DNA from: an uncultured virus (IMG/VR IMGVR_UViG_3300035396_000150)
Lineage: Duplodnaviria > Heunggongvirae > Uroviricota > Caudoviricetes > Crassvirales
IMG/VR virus record: IMGVR_UViG_3300035396_000150
Coordinates: 1-64,000 of that record
Reading direction: 5' to 3' (one strand)
Length of the DNA stretch: 64,000 nt
The position numbers and the translations under genes were made by a program. Below, piece by piece: positions 1-10,100 of the stretch (its first letter is position 1; every line of letters begins with the position of its first letter). The notes below the pieces were generated by a model. That model was not told where the DNA came from. It saw only the letters and a list, made by a program, of their open reading frames with translations, and searched no databases.

Positions 1-3000
1 GCTATTCCTTTCATTACTTTAGGAACAAGTGCATTGGCTACATTAGACAATCTCATCATTTCTGATATTAAATCTGATGCCTTGTCTTTAAGTACTTGGT
101 TGTTTATTCTATCTTCATTTGCATACATCTCTAATATTACATTCATGGAAGCTAACTGTTGTAATGTGTTCATTACTCCTGTGGCTGTTTGGTCATTAGT
201 TAAGTCTGATTTAGCACTACTTAATAGACCTTCAACGCTTGTAAGTATCTCATTTAATACAGTATCTTCCTTTAGCTTCTCTTGGGCTTCCTGTAATTCT
301 TGAATACGGGCATTATACTTCTCTTGTTTATCAGGGTGCTTTGCTATTGTGTTCTTTAATGCTTTTATTCTATTGTCGTATATTTCATTTGCAGTGGTTG
401 TTATACCCTCTTTAAGGATTTGGTACTCTTCGTCTGATACTATATCCAAGTTTATTGTAGGTTCTACTGACTGGAAGTCTTCTTGTGTTTCTGATTGTAT
501 TCTTTGAAATGGTAATTCATCATCTTCAAATAGGTAATTCTGTGTACTGGTATTCTTTACTAGTGATTGCTTAACTTCGCTTCTAATTAAACTTCTTGGG
601 TATTTTTTAGCTACTTCCTTTAATGCTGCTAATTTAGTGTTAATTAATGCTTGCTTATTATATTCTTTTTTAGATTTAGTTTTTATTTTATTAAGAAAAT
701 TTTCAGCATCAGTTAGTTCATTTTTTAGGTATTCTTCAGCTTCTTTTTTTGTATCAAGTCCTATTGAAGGATAATTATTCTCTGATTGAATAAACCATTT
801 ATTAGCAGAAACATTTTCCTCATTTACAGAACTATCATTAAATAAAATTTTAGCGTTTTTAAGACTTTTTAAATTTTCTATTGCCTGAGATAAATATTCT
901 TCTTGTAAATCAATTATTCCTTCTTCTGTATTAACTAAATCACTTATTCTTCCTTTAACACTTTCAATATTCTCTTTTAAATTTTCATTAGTTTGAGTTG
1001 GTTGAATACCTACTTTATTTATTAAATTAGATAAATATTCATGTCTTTCTATTTCTTGTTGTGTAACATTTTTCCAATCATCTCCACTAACTTTTTTATG
1101 CAGTACTTCAAATTCACTTATAATGTCTTTGTTTATATTTTGTTTTTTACTAATCTCAGGTTCAATTAATTTACCAAACTTCTTCTCTAATATATTATTT
1201 AAACTACCTAATAACTTCTTAGTTTGATAAGGTATATCTTCGTCATATTCTAATCTAAAATTATTACCTGTTAATTGTATTCCTAATTCGTTATGCTGAT
1301 AAGCCAATTTATCTATTACATCTGCTAAATTAGGTACGATAGCATCTGAATTTATATGTGTCATTGAAGGTGCTTTAGTGTAACTTACACCCAATATTTC
1401 AGATTTTTTATCTTTGTTAATTTTTTCACTTGCATCCCAAACACTTCCACTAAATACATCTCTATTAGCAGCCCATTTAATATCATTCGATTGTGGAAAT
1501 ATTTTAAATTTAATTTTACCTCCCCCACCTTCTAAATGACCTATATTCTTATCTATAGGTTTAGTAAATGCCGATATAACAAATTCCCCTCCTACTTTTT
1601 TATGGTCTTCTAGATGTGTTAATAAGTTTTGAAACATTAGATTAACATCAAAACTACTATAAGCTCCTACAACACTATAAAACCCTTGACCTCTACTGTA
1701 AACTTCTTCAGGATTGTATACTATATTATTTATTCTTTTCCATTCATCTATAATCTCTTTAGATTGTTCATATTCTTTATTTTTTTCTATGAATTGATTA
1801 ATATTATTATAATTTAGTGTTAAATTATAATACCTGATTACACTAACATTAGTAGTAACATTTTCTTGGTTATTATAAAAATCATTTTCTAAATCTATTT
1901 TTGTATAACTTAAATACCATATACCATTTCTTCTTTCAGCATAAAAGGGAATGTCATCTATATCAGTACCACTAAAACTATTTACTTTTATTTCATTAAT
2001 ACTACTGATAGTGTTTTGGTTTATAATATTTAATTTAGCACCACTTAAATCAACATCTTTAACACTTTTAACTAATTTACTAATATGATTATTTGCTTCA
2101 CTATAAGTTTTAAACTTCATATTATCAGGTGTAGTATATTCTACTTCATATCCTGGTAATATAAGTTTACTATTACTGTATGCTAATAAATCACTTAAAT
2201 CTCCTAATGTCATATTATCAGGTAGTTTATCTATTTCTATTTCCTTTTGTTTGAGTAGGTCTTTAACAAAAGATTTAATTTCTTTTAATAGTCTTTTAAG
2301 TAACGATATTAACTTACCGTCTTTAATCACATCTAACTTTTCAGCAGTCATCATACCTAATAATTCTACAATGGCTTCTTCCTGTTGTTCTTCTAACGTA
2401 TATTTGGGAGAATATTTTTCTATATTTTCCTCTGCTTCTTTCAAAGTGTCAAAGTATTGGTGAGCAGTAGAACTTGTTTGTATTCTATACATACCATACT
2501 CCCAGTTGCCACTTTCAATGTTAGATTGCTTATATTGATAATCTCTCTTAATCCTATCTAATACTTCTTTACCTTTACCTGTTTCGAGTTCTTTAAGTAG
2601 GTTATTATATAATTCTTTATCTTTAATAGCTCTAATAATAGAATGTCCTAATATCTCATGTATAGGTGTATCTAATGTAGCATAAGCTAAATTTATATGA
2701 GCTGTGTTATTCTCTAATTTACCTTTATATTTTTTAGTTCTATCAGATTCGAATCTAATAGGAATTCCTATCCTATCAGACATTCTTGCAGCTAAATCTC
2801 TTATAGTCTTTTCTGAAGCTATATAATCTTCTGTGGATTGAGTTGTGTTGTTTTGATAGTATATATTGTTTTCTGTAGTACTGAATGTGCCTTGATTGAG
2901 GACTGATTTGATTTGGTTTGGTTCTTTAACTAATAGTTCCTCCTTTGTTATTAATCCGTCATTGTTATTTAAATTTAGTTTTTGCTTAGAAGTTATATCT

Positions 3001-4088
3001 CCTATAGCTATATCTATTTCTATTGGATCAACTAAAGATAAAAATACAGGATAAACAGTTGGATTGTAATTAGGAACTCCTTTATCTTTTAATTTTTTAT
3101 CTGCCATTTCAAAAAAATTAATTACATTATTTTTAATTTCATCTATTATCAGTTTCTTTTTTTCTTTTGTATCTATAAGCTCATTATTAAAGGATATAGA
3201 GGAAAGTTCAAATATATCTATACTACTATTATAAAAGTTATAGTCTTTGTTATATTTTCTAATTACATTAGATATTTCATATATTAATTTTTCATTGTTT
3301 AAAATATCATCTAATAGGGTATTGTCAGAAACTGTAAATTCTCTTGTTTTTATATTAAAGTATCCATTAGAACTTAAATTCATATAATATCCATAGGTAT
3401 CTGGATTACGCATTATTATATCTTCAAATATATAGTTATCTCCTACAAGATCCATATTATAGTATCCCTTTGAATACTCTTTAGAAAAAGAAAAGTAAAA
3501 TCCTTCTATTTCTTTTAGTGTATTCTTACCTATGTTTTCTTTTTTGAAGTAATTGAACTTAAATGGACTTCCATGATAAACTATTAAAGGCTCACCGTTC
3601 TCATCTACTACTTTACTATCCCCAAACCAATCCTTAAATTCTTTACTTCTTGTTTGTTTATATAGTTGTTCTGCTTGTTGCTTTGTAGTTACTTCTTCGA
3701 GCTGTTCTATATCTTTATATAGTTTAGATACGTTACCATTAGGTGCAAGTACTTCACCGTTTTCATTTCTACTTAATTCACTGTCTGTTTCTTTATTTCT
3801 ATTAGCTTCTATTTGTTCTTTACTGTTAGATGTATTTGTTTCTTGTGCTGTATTATTTAATATCAAATCCACAGCCTCCTTAATAGTCTCCGGCAAGTTT
3901 TCTCCCTTAGTTATATCCCACACATTATATGCTATATCCATAGCCTCCTTATCTACCCCTGTTCTTTCCTTTCTTAAATCAAGTGATTTAAACTCCTCTA
4001 CTTTAAGAGGAGTTCCATCAAACATAGTTACTATATTATTGAAAGCAACAACCACATTGGGGTCGCTTACTTGTGGACAAAATGCCAT
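1..4088 (-). CDS. Giant virion-ejected polyvalent protein (N-terminal >1360 aa, runs off the left edge) with ART-PolyVal-like ADP-ribosyltransferase and zincin metallopeptidase domains
   Basis: Absent from the ORF track, presumably because there is no stop in the window. Hand translation from ATG 4088 gives MAFCPQVSDPNVVVAFNNIVTMFDG. The same frame gives SKEFKDWFGDSKVVDENGEPLIVYHGS (~3650-3568), GFYFSFS, VYPVFLSL, KEELLVKEPNQIKSVLNQGTFS (~2945-2880), then TLDTPIHEILGHS (~2680-2641) and EEAIVELLG. The frame still reads sensibly at base 3. Spot-checked, not translated codon by codon. Confidence 0.85.
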   Translation of the reverse strand, partial: MAFCPQVSDPNVVVAFNNIVTMFDGTPLKVEEFKSLDLRKERTGVDKEAMDIAYNVWDITKGENLPETIKEAVDLILNNTAQETNTSNSKEQIEANRNKETDSELSRNENGEVLAPNGNVSKLYKDIEQLEEVTTKQQAEQLYKQTRSKEFKDWFGDSKVVDENGEPLIVYHGSPFKFNYFKKENIGKNTLKEIEGFYFSFSKEYSKGYYNMDLVGDNYIFEDIIMRNPDTYGYYMNLSSNGYFNIKTREFTVSDNTLLDDILNNEKLIYEISNVIRKYNKDYNFYNSSIDIFELSSISFNNELIDTKEKKKLIIDEIKNNVINFFEMADKKLKDKGVPNYNPTVYPVFLSLVDPIEIDIAIGDITSKQKLNLNNNDGLITKEELLVKEPNQIKSVLNQGTFSTTENNIYYQNNTTQSTEDYIASEKTIRDLAARMSDRIGIPIRFESDRTKKYKGKLENNTAHINLAYATLDTPIHEILGHSIIRAIKDKELYNNLLKELETGKGKEVLDRIKRDYQYKQSNIESGNWEYGMYRIQTSSTAHQYFDTLKEAEENIEKYSPKYTLEEQQEEAIVELLGMMTAEKLDVIKDGKLISLLKRLLKEIKSFVKDLLKQKEIEIDKLPDNMTLGDLSDLLAYSNSKLILPGYEVEYTTPDNMKFKTYSEANNHISKLVKSVKDVDLSGAKLNIINQNTISSINEIKVNSFSGTDIDDIPFYAERRNGIWYLSYTKIDLENDFYNNQENVTTNVSVIRYYNLTLNYNNINQFIEKNKEYEQSKEIIDEWKRINNIVYNPEEVYSRGQGFYSVVGAYSSFDVNLMFQNLLTHLEDHKKVGGEFVISAFTKPIDKNIGHLEGGGGKIKFKIFPQSNDIKWAANRDVFSGSVWDASEKINKDKKSEILGVSYTKAPSMTHINSDAIVPNLADVIDKLAYQHNELGIQLTGNNFRLEYDEDIPYQTKKLLGSLNNILEKKFGKLIEPEISKKQNINKDIISEFEVLHKKVSGDDWKNVTQQEIERHEYLSNLINKVGIQPTQTNENLKENIESVKGRISDLVNTEEGIIDLQEEYLSQAIENLKSLKNAKILFNDSSVNEENVSANKWFIQSENNYPSIGLDTKKEAEEYLKNELTDAENFLNKIKTKSKKEYNKQALINTKLAALKEVAKKYPRSLIRSEVKQSLVKNTSTQNYLFEDDELPFQRIQSETQEDFQSVEPTINLDIVSDEEYQILKEGITTTANEIYDNRIKALKNTIAKHPDKQEKYNARIQELQEAQEKLKEDTVLNEILTSVEGLLSSAKSDLTNDQTATGVMNTLQQLASMNVILEMYANEDRINNQVLKDKASDLISEMMRLSNVANALVPKVMKGI

Positions 4089-4103
4089 ATATTTATTATT
4101 TAA

Positions 4104-7100
4104 TTAACAACCGTCTCCTTTATCTTTTGATACATCAGCAGCTGCATTCTTAGCACTTAGTGTTATATCTTTATACTTATCTGTACTCTTTATATTTTTA
4201 TTAGATGCTAATACATATGCGTATTTTCTTGCTCTTGTTACTGCTACATATCTTAACTGCTTCCTCAATTCACTGTCTTTAAATTTATCTAAATCTCTAC
4301 TATCTATCATTATATTGTTATATGTACCTCCTTGAGATTTATGTATAGTATGTGCATAACCATAATCTATAGTCTTACTTATCTTAACTGCCTTGCTTCC
4401 CTTTGAATCTACTCCCATATCTGCTGATTTAGGTAATGCAAAAGTGTCTTTAAATTCAGACAATGCCTGCCATTTACCAGCCTGTGCCCTTTTATTTGGT
4501 TCTCTTATTGCAGCTAATCTTAGTTTCTCAAACTCTTCTGCTATTGCAGTATATACACTTTCATCATTTCTTTTACTTAATACGTTTATGTATTTAGGTG
4601 CTTCTTTCTTATTTAATATATTCTCAAGTTTTAAAGTATAATAAGTTACTTTTTTACCTGCGTGTTCAGTTTCTTTAAGCTCGCTAACTTCAGATACTTC
4701 ATAGTCTATTGAATTTACAATCTCTGATTTACCTGTTCTGTAATCTGTTTTGTAATTAGCATATCCCATTAGAAGCTCACCTTTGTTGTATTCGTTAACT
4801 GCAAGATTTCCATATATTGCTTCTCTTATCTTATTGTTTATATCTTCTATTTTTTCATTAGTTCCTGCTACCACTCTTACATATAGCTTGTTCTCTTTTG
4901 CTTCTTCTGATGTAAATAGTTCTTTAGCTTTCTCAAAGAAAGCGGCTTCAGAATTAGTAAATGTAACACCCTCTCCTTTTGAATTTTCTTTTGACATGTA
5001 ACTAAATTGGTCTTCTGTTTCTTTTGAATTTCTTATATCAGTGGCTTCAAATAATAATGGACTTATACCAGTTCTTTCTACTTTAGTTAATTCATAACTA
5101 TCTTCTACACTAAAAGCTTTAGATAATGTTGTTTGCTTTGGTGGCTTTAACTGTGCTGGGTCTCCCATAAATAGTACAGTAATACCATTCTCCTCTACGT
5201 AGCCTTCTATAAATTTAAATAGTTCGTCATTTATCATAGAACTTTCATCAATAACTAATATACTTCCATATCCAAGCTTACTTCCTTTAGTTTCAAATTT
5301 TAAATCTTTTGTAGAGAACGTCTCTAAATCCATCATAGGAGATAACCCAAATGCCTTATGTAATGTCATTACTGTACCTTTATCTATATTAGATGATAAT
5401 ACAGCATTGGCTCTGTGTGTAGGAGATGAATATACGACTGTCTTACCTGACTTTTCATATATATATTTACTTAATATATTTATAATAGATGTTTTACCTG
5501 TACCTGCATATCCTTTTAATACAAATTTCTTACCTTTAGAACTTATAAATGACTCCATCTTACCTAAAGCTTCTTCTTGTTGTGTATTTAATTTGAATGG
5601 GGTATCTATTACTACATCATCACTAAAAGTAAATGTGTTAGGTTTCAGCTTTTCTGGAATGTATATCTCCTTTTCTTCTTGTTTTACTTCAGGCTCTACT
5701 GCAGTAGTCTGCATTGACTTCTCTTTATCTAATTTAGCTTGATTTATTATCCTTTCTTTTTGTACTTTAGTAGAATTGTCTTGTGCAGTATATACTAATC
5801 CACCATTAGCTCCTGAATATACATTTCCTTTATCTGTTACTATATACTCTGTATTATTGTACATGGTTGTTTGATAACTTCCCAATACAGTAAGTTTGTC
5901 TATGTTAGGAGTACCACTGAATTTAGTACCATCTGTATTTATTATCTGTGCCTTGCCGTTATTGTTATTCCAGAATAGGTATCTTTTTCCATTGTACTCT
6001 ACAACACTTCCCTTCTTTAGTTCTTTATCTTCTTTATTGAATAGGCTTACTGGTTTTTCAGTTTTATTTACTTCTTGGGTTTGGTTTTGTTCTGTATCAA
6101 ATAAGGATTGTTGGATTGCTGGCTTTGCTATATTCTTAATACTTGAATAGGCATCTCTTAAAGACTGCATAAATAAACCATCTTTACCTGTCCACTTGTC
6201 TTGTTTAATTAATACTCCGTCTTTTATTAGATTGTGCGTACTGTTATTAAGAAATTCAATTCCACCCATTCTATCTATTCCTGTAGTCAAATCAGGATAC
6301 TGTAGTAATTTAGTTCTTAATACATCTGTCATAAGTTCTTTTACTTTGGCATTGAACTCTGTTTCAGTTAACTTCTCTTTTGGTTTATTTTCTTGGTAGG
6401 CTTCCTCACTTGAACTGTATCGTACTCCTTTATAATTAATAGGAAGTCTTGCAAAATTACTTAATTTACTACCTAAATCACTTTCGTAACTAGATATATT
6501 TATTCCATCTCTATTTACTTCTCTTTTTTCTGTTTCTACTTCCTTTAATTTTTCTTTACTTAGTAATTCCTTTAATTGCTCTCTCCAATTATCATTGAAC
6601 ATATTGATAGTGGGAATTCCCTTACGTCTTGCCATTTCTACTGCCTGTCCAGTACCTCCTTTTGGTCTTAAACTATTATTTGTTTCTTCTGCATAGAATA
6701 AAACAAAATCTACAGGCGTGTCTAAGTTCTCACCGAATACTTGATTTGTATTCCTCGCCATTAGCTTTGCTGCACCATCACTTAACGAACTTGGTTTAGG
6801 GTGTATTTCTTTCATTACTTGCATGGCTGTTTCAGGTATACGTGAATTTGGACTGTATAAGTTCTTTCTTGATGTACCTGCTGAAAAAGCCCTGTCTGCA
6901 CCTTCTTCGTCCATTCCTACTTTATTGCCATATAGTTTACTTAATCTATCAGATTCTGCTTTCTTTAAATCATATGCTTCTTTACCTAAATACTTTTCAG
7001 TTGATGTATATGACTTTCCTGTATTTAAAGTGTAACCTAAATCTTCAAGGTACTTGGCTGCTTTAGTCATTGCTTCCAATACTTCTGGTGTAGTTTCTCT

Positions 7101-10100
7101 ACTTCCTATACCTGCGTAAGTCATTGTTTTCTTATCTGATTTGCTTGGTAGTGTATTGAATATAGGTGTTTTACTGCTGTTTATAACTACATCTGCTTTA
7201 GTACTTTCTACTTTAGCTTTCAAGTCAGCCTTAGTCTGTATCACTAATTCAGTTTTCGGTGAATCATTTACTCTTTCTCTGGAAGTTTTATTTTCTGTTT
7301 TAATTTCATTTACTAACTCTTCAGAACTCTTATTACCTTCCTCACTTATTATACCTCTCAACTTATTTATTTCATCTTTAGTCATTCCCTCCTGAAGAAG
7401 TAAATAAGTAAATAGATTATTTGTCTTTATTAGTGCTTGTTCTATTGCCGATTTATCTGAATTAACTTTGTCATATGTTATGTTTTTTAGTTTATCAAAT
7501 ACATTCTTGTCAGTCATAAGTGCAATCATAAACTCGTCTATACTATCTAAGGCATTATTAAGTTCTGCATCATACGTATCAGTAAGCATTCTGTCTGTGC
7601 TTCCTTTAGCATTACCTGCAAGTTTCTCATTTAATAGATGTTCATATATCCTAGTTATTACCTCAACTCTCTTCATTACTCCTTCATCTTTAACTATCTT
7701 AGTATCACTATCAGATACACTTAATAAGTTATTAAATATAGTATGTAATAACTCATGCTGTAATGTAGTCTCAAATTCATCTCTTACACCTTTATAATTT
7801 AACATACTTGTGTTAAATCTATTAGGGTTTATCTTTATCTTCTTGCTATTTATATTGACTCCTTTTGTATATATTGTATTATCTATACTTAAAGACAAAT
7901 CTTCAGGTATATACTTCTCTAATTTAGTTATTACTGTAGATATGAACTTGTCCTTAAAGCTACTTAATGACTCAAGTGCTTCTTTCTTACCTATCTTATT
8001 TACATCTTGATACAGGGATGTTATTGACTTATGTAATCTTACTTCTTTTCCGTTTAATACTATAGAACCAAAGTCCTCACTAATTACTGCTGTATCTTCA
8101 TTAGCGTTAAGTACTGATTTTGTAAGAGTTTCTCCTTTTACGAATTCTGTCTTGTTTCCTTTTCCCAATAGAGGCATTATTCTATAAGTTGACTTACTTG
8201 CTGTTTCCAAATCAGCTATCTTCCATAATATATAAGGCTCTGTTACACCTACTTTAAGTATATTATCTAAATCTTTATAGTCTTCAATCTCTTTTACATA
8301 TTCCTTATCTACTTCAATAAGTCCGTCTACATTTCTTATAGGATTTCCTGTTGATTTTATTAATGATGGCTTATGTCTAACCATCTGTAGGAATGCCTGC
8401 TCTGCTACTTGTCTGTTATCTAAGTCTTGATTTATATCTTCATAGAATCTATTTATACCTATAGACTCTAATACGAATGGAGATATTAGCTGATTAAATG
8501 AATTAAAGTTAAATCTATCACCCATAGCAAAGTTATACTTAAGCAAGTCTTTAGCTAATAGGTTCTCTACTAAGTCATCACTGTAGAACATAGATAGTAA
8601 TGAGTTTGCATTCAACTGTACTTCTTCTTCTGTCTTAGTGTCTTGTTTATATTCTATATAGACTGCACCTGTCTTCCTGTCTATTTTACCTTCTAAGTTA
8701 GATATAAACTTGTAGGCTGGATGTGCTCTACTTATACTCTTAAGGAAAGCATTAACTCTATTATATAATGTAGATTCACCGAATAAGAACTTACTTCTTA
8801 TTGAATCTAATGAATCCCCCTCAAATATAGGATTAGTTCTATCTGCTTTTAAATAATCTAATGTAGCATTAGACAAATAACTTATATCTTCTGCATTTAA
8901 ATCTGTTCCTTTATACTCTGAAGCTAGTTGTATTATGTCTGTATATAATGGTTTCTTATAGTGGAATAGAGCTTCTTTATCTCCTACCTTGTTATTGAAT
9001 AAATCTTTAGTATATTTAATTCCTAAGCTAATAGTTTCTCCTAACTCATTAGTACCGTCTTCATCTTCAAATAGCTGTTTAGTAGATTCAAATATCTTAT
9101 CTTTTAGTACCTTATTATATTTAAGTAGCTTGGATTCAAGTTCATTGAAGTCGCTTCCAACTCCTTTACTATCTATATTAAGTACACTTCCTATATTAAC
9201 TAAGGACTGACCTACTCTATTGGCTTGTACTAAGCTCTCAAGTATACTAAGTGCTATTCCTTTATCCATTACAGGATTCTTATAACTATTTATTATCTCT
9301 TCTGCAGTATATACTTTAGGTTCAAGTGTAAGCTTATTTTCTCTTATTAACTTCTTTACTGCACCATTAAATGTATAATTTAGTCCAGAGAATTGACTAT
9401 CTGACTGCTCTAATAAGAATTGTAACTCTTTGACTATTGGGTGATTGAACATAGCCATTATCATCTCTCCTGATATAGAATCTTTCTCATCTGTTATCAA
9501 AGCATTCAATCCATTAAAAGCCTTAGACAACTCTAATGTCCAACCAGTAGCATCTAATAGCTTATTATTGGCATTATCTACTGCTTCATTCTGTATCATT
9601 GTAGTGAAGTTGAAGTTTGTTCTATCTTCATTCTTATGATTCTTATATGTGCCTAATCCAACTCCTGTGTATGTCTTTCCATTGAATTTAATAGCTTCAT
9701 TTAACTTCATGCCCTTATCTTCTAAATAAGCCATTACAACACTATGTACACTTTGTATAGCAATACCTTTCTTACCGCTCTGATTTGAATTGTAGTCATC
9801 TAAGGTATTTACTATATCCCAATGGTTATTTATTAGATTAATTTCTTTACTGTTTAATTTCTTTTCTACATAATCTTCAACATCTTTAAAGTCTAATGAC
9901 CTTAATGACTTCTTGGCTACTTCCGGGTGTGTGAATAGAGACTCTAATACTTCCATGTAGTTGTTTTGCAGCCATGCGAGTTTATTTGTCTTCTCTCTTA
10001 TCTTAGTTAACTTGCCATTACTATCTACTTCGTGATTAAATAAGTAGCTATATAAATGGTCGATGTCAAAATCAGAACCCATTTGAGCTGTTATCTCGTC

